The notes below the pieces were generated by a model. It made no database searches. It had not been told where the DNA came from and saw nothing but the letters and a program-made list of their open reading frames with translations. Of a stretch of DNA of 64,000 nucleotides, positions 13,051-25,884 are shown piece by piece. Position numbers and translations under genes: made by a program. Within the stretch, counting starts at the first letter, position 1; each line of letters begins with the position of its first letter. The stretch is from Callorhinchus milii (taxonomy: Eukaryota): contig NW_024704743.1 in assembly GCF_018977255.1 (NCBI RefSeq), forward strand, positions 36,024,001 through 36,088,000, written 5' to 3'.

Positions 13051-13402
13051 GCACAATTTATCATATTAAATGCACCATGGACGTGCTAGAGGTGGATTCC
13101 CCCCCACCCCACCCCATACATTGTTTCAGTTGTGACATCTGTGAACCTGGGCCTATAAACAATGGACACGTGACTCGTGGTTTTTGACTGTCAACTAATT
13201 TTTTTACTGTACGAAATAGAGTAAGCTGGATAGTGACTACTTTGACAAGCAGTATCCCACTACCTGGTAGTCAAATGGCCACAATCCACAAGCCATATGT
13301 TCAATGCCACAGGCCCGGGTTCACCTCAGCTGTCATTGACAACAGTGTCAGGGCAGTTCTGATACATCGGGTACATTCAACATGACTAAATATTAAATGT
13401 GC
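13051..13402. mobile_element. Degenerate palindromic element (MITE-like)
   Basis: Nested inverted matches, e.g. GTGAACCTGGGCCT (13141) versus AGGCCCGGGTTCAC (~13311-13324), with further similarity inward and outward. Confidence 0.55.
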
Positions 13403-13624
13403 CAAGAAACTGACCTCAATGCTGCTTTGTTCTGCTATCGTGATTGCCTTTCCCCTTCCAAGAGATGTGTAAACGTGATTGAGCAGTGAATTCTTGTAGC
13501 ATGTGATTTAAAAATGGCCAGAAGGGATATTCATTTTGAAATTGTTTAGCCTGCGTTTATCCTGTAGGGTCAAACTTTTTTGAAATCAGTAGATATAATT
13601 CGCTTAATGAGATTTACCCTGATG

Positions 13625-14400
13625 CAGTTGAGCTTGGCTCAATTGATAGCACTTTCAACTGCTGACTCAAAAGGTTAAGGGTTCAAGTCCCACAACACAT
13701 CTTGAACACTTAATGTGGACAGACACTCACTCCAGTGTAGCACTGGAGAAGTGTTGCATTGTCAGAGGTTGGATATTTTATAGTGAGTTTTAAATCAAGA
13801 TTCTGACTGCTTGTTGAGGTGAACATTAAAGTTTCCGTGACACTTTTTGAAAAGTGGCCTTGGCCAATCATCCTCCACATAAATTAATTATTCACTCCTC
13901 ATGGATTCCCTTAGATAGTAGTTAGCACGTTCGCCTCACAAGCTAGAGGACCTGGGATCGATTCCTGAGTTGGGCGAAACTTTAGGCAAGTTTTCTTACT
14001 CTACACGCTTCTGTTTACCTAGCAGTAAGTAGGAACCCGGTTGTTAGTTGATTGATAGATCTCTTTCCGGGGGGTAATAATCCCTCAAAACATGTGGTCA
14101 TTCAATCGATGATAGTTTGTAGGTCATTGGTATGTGCAATTGGCTACCGAGTTTCAGCCACAAAACACACAATATATTTCCAATATATTCTATGAAGTAT
14201 ATTTACAATATATTCTATGAAGTCTTTGAGACATCTCAACAGCGTGTTAAGGCGCTATATCAATTGCAAGGATTATTATTATTATTTTTCTAGGACCTTG
14301 CTCCATGAAACATGATTACCTATTTGTCAACAAATACAATCTCTACACTTGACAATAATTACTGTGACGCACTTTTTGACGTTTAAGTTGGTACAAAACT
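13625..14400 (+). mobile_element. DeuSINE interrupted by a long-form tRNA-Ala SINE (~13903-14285)
   Basis: The DeuSINE sequence stops at CTCATGG and resumes after the (TTA)n tail of the inserted SINE. Confidence 0.75.
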
Positions 14401-14929
14401 GCAAATCCTTTTCTCTAACATTTTGTAAATTCATGAATTTTTTAAAAAAAGAAATAAAACCATGTTGTTTTGCTTATTGCCTTTTTATCTGATCGTCTAC
14501 TTTCGAATTCACGAATAGAATGCAACAAGCTCAGGAACTTTCTCAGGCATTATGACTCCCTTGCGTGCAGTAAGAAAATATCGACAGGACGTTTCAGTTA
14601 GCACTTTAGCAGTTGACACCCTGATATTGTTCATCAGAACTTCCTTATTAAGTCTTACACTTTTTAATTTTTCTTAATAGACAGCAGACATGATCCAATA
14701 ATAGCAAGAGTGCATGCTAATTTTAACTGGCAATCTTCCAATTGGTAGAATCACTGCTCAATGCGGAGGGATGTGTGTCTGAGCTGTCGCCAGGAGGATG
14801 GTGGCAATGCATGTCACATGTCTTGCTGAGTTCTGCTTCTCACCAAGAGACTCCCAAAGAGTTTCTGCTACCTGCTATCTACCTAGTGAGGGCTCCGTGT
14901 GGGGTTTAAACACATAGACTTGTAATATA

Positions 14930-15355
14930 TAATAATGATAATAATCGTTGCATGTGATAAAGCCCCCTGTCATGTTGTTGAGATGTCTCAACGTGCTTCA
15001 CAAGATATACTGTAAAGTGGAGTGACTGTGCACTTTGTGGGCGAAACGTGACAGACAGTTTGCTTACAGCAATATCCCAATAATGCAGTGAATGACCAAT
15101 TTTATTTGGGAGATTGTTGGCCAGGACACCGGGACAAAGTTCCCTCTCTTTTCAAATAGTGCCATGAAATCTTTAATGTCAACCTGGCCAGGCAGATGGG
15201 GCATCAGTTTAGCATCTCATCGGAAGGACGGCATCTCTGACAATCGAGCACACCCCCAACACTGCATTGGATTGTCAGCATACATTATATGAGGCCTGAA
15301 CTGACAACCTTCTGAATCAGAAGAAAGAGTGCTACCAACTGAACCAAGCTGATAC
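14930..15355 (-). mobile_element. DeuSINE, near full length
   Basis: Reverse-complement tail, Deu core (CATCTCATCGGAAGGACGGCATCTC) and head (AGTGCTACCAACTGA). Confidence 0.8.
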
Positions 15356-15804
15356 CCGCATTCACCAATAAACAGATTAATTGGTCATTTATATCAGTTC
15401 TGTTTATGTGCTTTTGCTGCCACAGATTAGCTACCAACTGTTCGAATACTTAACAGACACTGCACTTCAAATCAACTGTTTTCTAAAATTCCCAATGATC
15501 TTAAATTTTTAAGTCAATGATCCTTTGCCTAAATACAGAAGAAATTTTGTATCTCAGATGAGTTGTCTGTGTGAGATGCCAGATGGAGGGTGAGTCAGCT
15601 AATGCCAGTAATAACTGCAGAATAAAGCTCAACAAGACTGTACTGTTTATCTTTGTTTTTAATAGACAATTCCCATGATAGCAATTGAAGCTGGTGGAGG
15701 GCACTTGGAAGAGGACCAACACAAATGGTCGATATTTCCCCCAACACAGAATACTGATACTTGGATAATCCCTTGGTAGAGGGATCATGGTTGCTTTATT
15801 CGTG

Positions 15805-16270
15805 TGTCAGCTAGTTCAGTTGGTTGTACTCTCATCTGTGAGTCAGAAGGTTGTCGGTTCAAACTCCATGTCGGGACTTTGGACTCATATAGTGTATTCT
15901 GATACTGCAATGGAGTCCTGGGAGTTTGCTGCATTGTTGGAGGTGCTGATCTTTGGATGAGTCATTAAACCAAGATATTGTCTATTTTTTAACTATTCAA
16001 CCTCAGCTTAGCTCTTGTAACTTTCCAATATAACTCTTCTATTTAGATCTCTTGGTGCTGTTCAAAAAGACAAGGTGTTTCACTTAGTGTCCTGGTCCAT
16101 AATTCCCCATTAGTCATTCACTTCATGGCTGTTTGTGGGACATTGCCATTTGCAAATTAGCTACCATGTTTTGCCCACAATATACATAGTCAATGCACTT
16201 TACAGTAAATCTAGACATCCTCTCAACATGAAACTAAATCAAAATGTAAAGATTAAGTATTATGATTATT
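15805..16270 (+). mobile_element. DeuSINE, near full length
   Basis: Head TGAGTCAGAAGGTTG and Deu core GCATTGTTGGAGGTGC. Confidence 0.8.
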
Positions 16271-17629
16271 TAATCCATGTTTGAAAATAAATGGTGGATG
16301 CTGGAATAGAAAGGACACAGATAATGAAAGATTTAGAATAAAATGTTACAAGAGCTGACGTTGAATAGGTAAAAAATAGAAACAACAGTTTGATTAATTA
16401 AACAGTATAGAGCGAATATAACAAAGAAATAGAGGGTGGTGAATAAAGGGATCATTTTTTAAAAATGTTTTATTTTATATTGTACTCCATTTATTAATAC
16501 AAACTCGTTCAACAATCTTAAGAGTTAAAAGGTAATTGTTATTCTGCTGCAGTTTAAGCCATAGAGAACAAAATAATTTTGCACATTGGCTATTTTTCAA
16601 CAGAAAGAACTCTTAGAATTATGACTAATAAGCAGAAATCACATATATTTATTGTTATAACCTTTACCTGCAATTACCCACTTGTTACGGAAACAAATAC
16701 ATGTGAATAATAACTACATTAAGTGTCTCCTTTTAGGTTGCTATTTCTGTGGCTGTAGGAAAAGGAAGATTTTACATTAGTGCTATTCACTGATTATGTT
16801 CGTTCTGGATATATGTGCGATGGGTAGAGGGGAAAGTTCTTGATAGGAAATCCATAATCTTGTGGTGAAAAATTGACTATTATTTATTTGGGCTATCAGT
16901 TTAGTTACAGTTGGCACTGAATGAGAATCTATTCTCCCGCTTGATAACCTTTAAAACTAGATTGAAAAATATTTGAGCACTCGCCTCGATTGCCAGGCAG
17001 GACGAAACAATAGGCAAGTTTCCTTACTCCACATATTTCTGTTTACCTAGCAGTAAGTAGGAAACCGCTTGTTAATCAATTGGCGAATCGCTTTTCTGGG
17101 GGTAGGAATCCTTTAAAAAAAATAAACATTTGGTCACTCAATATGTTTTGCTCTCAAAATAAACAGTTAATTCACTTCACAATACATTCTGTGAAGCGCT
17201 TTGACAACTAACTCAATGATTCACCAAAAGATTAATGATCTGGATTTTTGTTGATCGTAGATTTTAAACCTATGGTTAGTTATATCCATGAGCACAGAGT
17301 TTATGTTCCTTTTGAAGTGAGGTGGATAAAACACCGAATTATTGTGTGCATAAAATCAAATTATATATCTAGGGTTAGGATCCTAACTCCTTCCTCATGA
17401 GGTCTATTCTTAAGAGTGCAGTGCATTACTAGTTAATCAATAGAAATTCTAAATTAAGACTGGATTTAAGAAGTTTTCAATGATTCTCAAACAGCACAGA
17501 TCTTAAGACTAAGAATGTGAAAAGTTTCCGATGTAGTGGTGAAGATAACTTCTCAGCACTCATTCTGCTGTTATTTATCTGTCTTATCTTTCTCTCAAAG
17601 ACAATGGTGGCTGGGCTAACATATAGCAA

Positions 17630-17970
17630 TGATAATATTCCTTGCCTTTCATAAAGCCCCTTATCACGTCATCAAACTGCCCTAAAATGCTTCATAGGAT
17701 TTTACATTGAAGTGTAGTGACTTTACATTTGTAGACAAATGCAGCACCTAATATACACACAGCAATGTCCCACAAACAGCCATGAAGTGAATATAACAAT
17801 TTTATTTGGGGGAATGTTGGCCAGGACACCAGAAAAAACTGCCTTCACTGTTCGAATAGTGCCATGGAATCTTTAACATCTATCTGAAGTCAGCTTAGAC
17901 TATATGATTTTCAAATGCATAAACTCAGAGGGAAGAATGCTTCTAGCCTGAACCAGACTGACACTCAATG
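17630..17970 (-). mobile_element. DeuSINE
   Basis: CCCACAAACAGCCATGAAGTGAAT..TGGCCAGGACACC..GTGCCATGGAATCTTTAACATC. Confidence 0.75.
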
Positions 17971-18019
17971 AGATTCGCTCCCTCTCTCACTGACCTGGTG
18001 TGACTGCACTGTGGACAAT

Positions 18020-18360
18020 GGATGGAAGACACTGCAGCAAGTTACCAACTTTGCTTCATTAGCACCCTCAGCCTTTTGACCTTCACCATCCAGAACATTA
18101 GTATCATAGGATTATCAGCAGCTCCAAGTTCCCCTCCAAGTCATTCACCATCTGGACTTGGACATAACCTGCCGTTCATTCATCATTGCAGGGCCAAAAT
18201 CCTGAAGCTATCTACCCATAAGTGTGAGAGCACCATTGTTACAAGAACTTCTGCGGTTTAAAGAACAGGCCCACCATCACCACCACCTTCTCAGAGCAGC
18301 TAGGATAGCAATAAATACTGTCCCTGTCAGTGTCGCTTGCAACCTGAGATGATTAAAAAT
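18020..18360 (+). mobile_element. Old non-LTR LINE 3' end (CR1-like clade, distinct family)
   Basis: CAAGTTCCCCTCCAAG..CACCACCTTCTC..GCAATAAAT matches a recalled common cartilaginous-fish LINE 3' end. Confidence 0.55.
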
Positions 18361-19500
18361 AATTCCTTCTCTCCCCTGCCCCAAGCAAGATTTCCCTGAT
18401 TAGCCTAATAGGACAAATGTAAAGTTGTCCTTATATAAAGTTGTAGACTTGCATAAATTTCAATACCTCTTTGACCTTTTGGTCTAATCAGATTTTGCTG
18501 TGTCCAATTTAAATTGTCCTAAATAATTTACCAGACTTTTCTAACATATATACTCCAAAGGTAACTCTCTTTCCTCGGGCATTTCACTACATCTGTACAC
18601 ATTTAATATCCTGGCATACAGACTTCCCATAACCTTCACAGAATGTGATCATTGAAAGGTCTTTCCGTAAAGAGTAACTAGTTCCCAATGGCACAAAGCT
18701 GATATTATTCCAGGCCAGTTCCATAAAAGTGGATTTGAATCTATCCCTCGTCACTACCTTGCTGAAAACGTGCTCTGCTGAATTAGATTTTATGTCAATC
18801 ATTCATTTACAGATATGCCACATCTGACACATCCTATGTATTGTCACATGCTATTGATTCCTGTCTCCTGCTATTGATCCCTGAGGCATGCATCTGACTT
18901 TAGCATTTCTACATTTACGCTGCCAATAGCTTCTTTGAGGGACTGCATGGAAATACTGTTACTACTGTTGTAACCGATAAACTGCTATGGCTTCAGAACA
19001 ACATTATTTCTGCTCCTGTACTTCTGTTTCAATTGCTGCACCAGCTGTTACTGCAGTTCTTTTACTACTGTCACAATTTACTCTCCACTTTTTAAGTTAA
19101 TTTTATTGCATGTGCGCCATTATCACTGATCCAACATCGCTGGCGAAGCCTTCGGCCAGCATGTCCCCTATCTGTTCAACGCTCTTCCAAATTCACTTTC
19201 CTTGCTCCCTCGCTCCTAGCTTTCAACAAACAAATCAAATCTTTTCAGCCATACCTTTGGAGGCCCCTAAATTCTTCCCACTTCTTGCTCATCACTCTAC
19301 GCATTAAGATGGTTCTTCTGTGGAAATGGTGCTACTTCAGAAAGGATGACAGGTTGTGTAGAGGGTGCAAAGGAGATAATATCTTGGTTGAGACATGTTG
19401 GTTAGGAGAGACTAAAGAAACGATAAATGCAAGTTGTTGTTGTTGCTGCTACAGTGATATTACTCTTAGTGCTGATCTCTCACTCTTATGCTAAACTGCT

Positions 19501-19920
19501 GTCAGCATGGCTCAGCTGGTAGCACTCTTATCTCTGAATCAGAAGCTTCAAGTCCTGCATGGGGACTTTGAACTCAAATAGACTAGACTGACTTTCCAAT
19601 GCAGGACAAAGGGATTCTGTATTGTTGGGGGTGCCATCCTTACGATGAGATGTTAAATCGAGGTCTTGTCTATCTGTCTACGTGGACGTTAGAGATCCCA
19701 TCGCACAATTTGGAAAGAGAAGGGAGTGATAGCTAACAATCCCCCAAAACAAAATTGATCATTCACTTCACGGCTGTTTGTGGGACATTGCTGTGGGCAA
19801 ATTGGCTGCTGCATTTTGCCTATAAAATTCACTAAATCCTGTGAAGTGCTCTGAGATGTCCTTCTGACATGAAAGACCCTATATCAAATGTAATGATTAT
19901 TATTATTGTTGTTATTATTA
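19501..19920 (+). mobile_element. DeuSINE, full length
   Basis: GTCAGCATGGCTCAGCTGGTAGCACTC head, GGTGCCATCCTTACGATGAGATGTTAAATCGAGG core and (TTA)n tail. Confidence 0.85.
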
Positions 19921-21016
19921 TGAACATTGGACCTAGCGCCAATTTAAAACTTATGATTCCCCCACCACCCCTGAGAATACATACAAATAAAGAAGGGGGT
20001 GAAAAAGGTGACTTGTGATGTGAAATCTGTCACATTGCGAGTCACATTTTTTTCCCCTCCCCACAGAGTTGAATCTACCAATTAATACTGAATAAAAGAC
20101 TCACCCAGACCAAACGTCAGTTAATGGAGGTTAATAAAATATCAAAGGTGCTCAAAACTAGGCTGAATACAGTGTGAGCAGTACTTGGCAAAAAAGAGTA
20201 AATGTTCAGCTTTAAAGCATTGGATCCAAATTCTTATGGCAGTCACATTCAGTGAACTCGCAGATTGCAAATTCTCAGAGCTAAAGACACTTAGTTACAG
20301 CAGACTCCACTTGCGTCAACAACAAGAAATGCATCACATACCTGGCACAGAGGCATCTCTAACCTGATTGAAATAAAAACACGTCAACACAAGGAAGCCA
20401 TGCTTAAAATAAAAATAAAATGCATTGCAGCAATCTTGAATAATCACGATTGATGCTAAATTTGCTACATTTTTCCATGCATGAGAGCACATTAAACAGC
20501 TGGCATGCATGGAAAAATGTAGCAATCTTAAACCTGACCGATCAAAGAAAACGCTCTTCAGCATCGCCTCAAATCATAAATATAAATCCCTGTAATTTGT
20601 CTGGAGAGAAGAACATGATGAAAAGAAAAAAATGCAGAAACTGTCTTAAAAATCTACTGATCAATTAGCACAAAAAAACAAAATTGAAACAACACTGCAG
20701 ATTCAGTGGTTGCAGTTTGCCTCCAGAGCCAAACCGTATTTTCCCAGATAATGTAAAATACATGAAAATATCAGTAAACTGTATATTTAAAGTTAAAAAT
20801 GTTTGTTTGAAATATGATATTAATAACAATAATAATGCGTTCATTTGTGTGCTTGATTAGTAATAATCCTTGCACATTAGTGTCGCCACCACAGTGGCAG
20901 TGCTGGTACTGTACTGGCATCATACATGCCTTGTGTGAGTGAAAACCTTCTGAGTCATTTGCCTGCTTATACTGCAATAGCGATGGGGTGACAGAGCTGG
21001 GCACATCTATAGTCAA

Positions 21017-21280
21017 AGTGCTGAGTTAGCTGATCCCAGCTGGGGAGCAGTTAGGTCCCTATAACTGACCCTGCCTCAGAGGGGAGGGCAGACATCAGCT
21101 GGAGTGTCTGCCCTTGATCGCTATCTGTGTGGGCAGGAGTGGGCTTCACTTGACCGGCATAGACACGATGGGCCGAATAGCCTCCTTCTGAGCTGTATAA
21201 TTCTATGATTCTATGACTTCTTCCCCTTTCTCTCTCTCCACAGTTGAATAGATTGCCGGCTTATCTGTTTACCTAGCAGT
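21017..21280 (+). mobile_element. AmnSINE2-like relic with an inserted CR1 3' tail (~21155-21215)
   Basis: GTGCTGAGTTAGCTGATCCCAGCTGGGG..TGATCGCTATC resembles the recalled AmnSINE2 consensus; ACGATGGGCCGAATAGCCTCCTTCTG..ATTCTATGATTCTATG is a CR1 tail. Confidence 0.6.
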
Positions 21281-21284
21281 AAGT

Positions 21285-21545
21285 AGGAATCTGGATGTTA
21301 GTCAATTGGTGGATCGCTTTTCCATGGGTAATAATTCCTTCAAAAAATAAAATAAAGATAAATAATAATTTGGTTACTCAATCCACGACTGTTTGTTGGA
21401 TACTGATGTGTGCAATTGGCTGCCGTGTTTCACCCACAAAATACACAGTCAGTCCTCTTTGCAATATATTCTGTGAAGCGCTTTGAGATGTCTCGAAGAC
21501 ATGATATAGCTCTATATCAAATGCAAGGATTATTATTATTATTAT
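21285..21545 (+). mobile_element. 5'-truncated long-form tRNA-Ala SINE
   Basis: CTGTTTACCTAGCAGTAAGTAGGAA body and (TTA)n tail. Confidence 0.85.
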
Positions 21546-24500
21546 CAATGAAAAATGACTTTGTGGGTGGGGGTTACCAGAGTGGTGATGTGTTTGTGAA
21601 ACCCAGAGGAAAGAAAACAGAATGGAATATCTTCAGGTGAAGAAAAAAAGGCCTAAGTTCACAGAGGGTGACTTACAGGTCCCGTGTACTGTCAGTGCAG
21701 TTTCTTCTGATTGAAGAGCTGACAGCACAATTAGTCCTTTTCGATTAGACACATATATGCAGTGGTAGAGGAGGTCAGCTATTGCTTAAAAAATAAATGC
21801 ATGGGAAGCATTGATCAATTGCAGCTGTAGTTTAATTGACACTGAGAGAAACTAATACGAATGGTCTTCCTAAGGTCACTGAAGTCAAAGTCAGGCTTGA
21901 GCCATCACTGACAGCATTATACTGTGGTTTTATATTGGGGCACGAGCAAAAGAACAGTTTGTTGCCAGACCATAGTGTTGAATAACAGAAGCAGTAACAA
22001 GCTATTCTCCTCCAAATAAGCTCTTCCAAATCATCTGATGAGAAGAGTTTTAATAGCCTCTTTTATTACTGTAAATTTTGCAACATTTTTTAGAAATAGG
22101 GACACAAATTTTCAGCATGTCACTAAAATGTACTCTTAGATGCTTTGCAGATTTTGATAATGAAGGAAGGCAACGTCTGGATCAGTGCCCAACAGACAAC
22201 GCCACATGAACCTATCGCCGATCTAAAAAGAGTTTTCCACCAAACATTTATTACAAGGAGCTGAAAAGATACAAAATCACAAGTATTCTATTCGTCCTGG
22301 TATACTATCTTCTGGTTAAATAATCATTTGCATTATTTGAAATTTGGTCATAAAACATGCCATACATACGAAGTTCCTATTGCATTGAACCACTGAATTT
22401 GTACTGCTTTGCAGGTCATGGGAATTTGACTTTGTGCCATCGTACTATGAATTTAAGCAACTCAGTCTCATGATTCTGCTGCGTTCTGTGGTATTGTGGA
22501 TTTTCTGGCACTTCAGCCTGCCTTGTCCTCTTGTAAACAGAATATTTAGTTTTGTTTTTTGTTTCAAGCTCCCAGCTGTTCTTCAAGATGAAAAAATGGT
22601 CTCCTTTCACTAATTCAGTATGAATTGTAAATCTAGTGCACAGTGAAAGGAAATAGGCACTCAGAGGCTCTGCAGTTTTAATACTGAAGGAATAGAAGTT
22701 TTTTAACTCTTAGTTATATTTTTCATAACACATGCAAAGTTATTGTTTTGCAGATACTGCTATGTTATAAGCATGCTACCAAATCTGTAGGACTTATGCA
22801 AGTGTTAGGTAATCATTGCACATTTCCAAGAATGAAGTGTAGTTTTCATCCAAATGACTATCACACAATTGGACCTATTTTAGCCTATTCAGTAAAAGTG
22901 ATGAACATTTGCATATAGGGTTAGGGTTAGACAAACATAGGTGTTTGTCCAACAGTCCTCCAGATTTAAAAATAAATGGTCATTCACTTAATTGGGACAT
23001 TGTGTGTGTAAATCAATGCCTCGGGAGGTCTTCCTTGTGTGAAAGGCGCTACACAAATGTAATTTGTTGTTGTTGCCGAGTTCACCTACAATTATACAGT
23101 CACTACTCTTTACAGCAAATCTCTATGAAATGCTTTGACATGTTTCAGTGTGATAAGGTGCTATATAAAATGCAAGGATTATTATTTCTTTATTTGTTAG
23201 GCTCTGTAGAGTCAATCCAGTATTATTTCTTAATGCATTTCTTAAGGAAGAAGTATGAAGGTCCGCCATATCGAGTTGTGGGAACATCACTTCAACTCAA
23301 TCTATTTTGGAGGCGGGATTCTTTCAAGTCAGAGTGACATGCATGATATGCTTTCTGATATTGGAGGAGTCTGGATTTGGATTACTTAATTAAGAAATCC
23401 ATTAAGAAATACTGCAAAATTGACCTACATTATCGTAAATTATGCACATTATATTTAGTCTTGGTGAAACTCTAATGGTGAGACATGGAAATCATTAATT
23501 ACATTGTTAGTGGTAGGTCACCATTCAGAACAGCATTGGAGTTTCTTTGAAGTAGGTTTGCAAACACATTTGGGTTATTTTGATGGAGTAAAAATTTAAT
23601 GTTTCACTAAACTGACTCTTTTCTGGTCAATAACATGTCTGACATACAGGGAAACCCATCACAATGCTTAAGCTCAGGAGCTTAAGAGGTTCCCATTCGT
23701 CTGGTATGGAATGTGTTCTCTCTTCTTGGAACATTGGATCCTACTTACCTAATCTCAAGGGGTTTAGGTGCTGGTTAGCAAGAGCCAAGGCTTGGGGTTT
23801 AACCAGCTAAAACCATTACACTCCAAACATTAACTTTTCATCATTATAGTATGTACGATCAGATTAGTTCCAGTCATTGCAAAAAGCAATGAGCCATTTG
23901 CATATCAAACTCCTTTAGCACAAATTACCTTGTTTTCTACACACCATTAATATGTTCAATACATCTTCACCTGAGTAAATATTTCATGTTTTGTGACAAA
24001 TGAGATAAAAGTTCCCAAATGTCCAAATATCTAGTTTGTGGGTAGTAAATGTAGTGGCACTGAATGGTGATTCAAAAGAATTTTGCAGTTGCAACTCAGC
24101 TACATATTTAACTCAATAGGCAGGCAGCAGGTAGGTAGATAGGTAGGTAGGTAGACCGCTCGCTCGCTCCCAAGCAAACAAGCCGGGTTTGGGCTGAACC
24201 AATTATTTAAATTACAATTTACAAACCACTTTACATTGACATAGTGCCTTTCCCATTGGGAGGACGCCTCAAAGCGCTCGAATAACATTAGAACAGAAAA
24301 TGTTGTCAAAGAGGCTTTACCCTCCAGGTTTCACAAACTTATAAATGACACTCTTCACTCTCAAAGGACATAAAATCATTCTAACCTGTTAAATTCTCAG
24401 ATACTCATTAATCTTTGTTTTATTTTCATTATGGTTTATTTATTTTGTTTTTAAATTACATTATATTTTGCGTCCATTAGTTTGAAGAGCACAGTTTTTA

Positions 24501-25884
24501 TTTTTTTCCTTTTTTATAGATAACTGTTTACCACGTGCTGGATCACTTGGAGAGATAGACATGTCACTGAAATGCCACATAATTTCTGTCAAAGTACCGC
24601 TTGTTGCCCTGGAAACAAGATTTTAGACTACAGATAGACAGGAATACATACCATGCAGATCCAGTATGATGTGTACCCTGACTTTGGGAAACTATTGATC
24701 ATTAGTATATGACATGTACTCAGATGCGCATGTTGTAGATCCTCCCCTACCCCACAATGGTGATTGTGAAGCTGGATGCATGACATTGTAATTCTTGTCC
24801 GCGGTCTTTGACAGCCAATTAGGGTCAGTTTTTCAGTAAACAAAAGATAACAAAAAAAGTTTATTGTTTATGAGACTGTGGGGTCACGGCTGGAGCCTGA
24901 GCAGGAGGGAGAACCAGCCTTTACTGAAAGGATCCAAAAATGGGAGCTTCTTGATGACGCAGTGGTTAAATACTGTGTTCTATGCAATTCTATCATAATA
25001 ATCCTTGCATTTGATATAGCGCCGCATCACGTTATTGAGATGTCTCAAAGCGCTTCACAGAATATACCGTAAAGTGGATTGACTGATTTTGTGGGCAAAA
25101 CTTCTGGGGATCTGAATTGGCAAAGTAGCACAGTATCATGCTTGCCTTGTTCATTGTTGTCTAATACTGTTTTCATGTGGTGAGCAATCAGTCAACCGGT
25201 TAGAGAGAGTTAAAACAGCTAGAGCTCACACACAAGTACATGTGGACATCGGCTGAGGGCAGTATTAAGTGTCAAATAGGCTGCAAATACTCCCGAACAA
25301 ACCTAACTTCACACATGAATATTGGCCACTTGAGTGAGTTACTGGAGGTCAACATACCCCCGTGGAACAAGAGAGTGCAACACGGACAAAAGGTCTGAAA
25401 GTTCTGCAGTTCTTTCATTCGTGTGGGGACAGTACATTTGCTTTCACAGTTTGTAATTATTATTAACCCACGGAGCTTGTAAGTTTCCAGACAACAGAAT
25501 GAGTAAGCACATTTATGCTTACACATAAGCCAAATATTTTTGCTGCTGTTTTATTAATGTTTGAAATTGGAAAAAAATTAAATAAAATAATTAGGACTTA
25601 AACAATTTAATTGTCTCTCGTCATTCCTGTGCTGTATTCATTCAACTGGAATCAGTCGTACGTGGAAGAGCTGCATTTAGCAAGCAGTAGAAATGAACAG
25701 CTATGTTGACTTTGATTAATGGTCCAGCAATGCAGTTGCAGTTAGGTGGTTTGGATGGCAGATTAGCCTATAAATAACCTCATCAACGGGGAACAGTTTA
25801 CAGTGAGTTATGAAGTGGTTCCACAATTGCTAAGAACCTTCCCATACATTGTGCAAATGGTCATTCGTATGTGTGGCTATAGCG

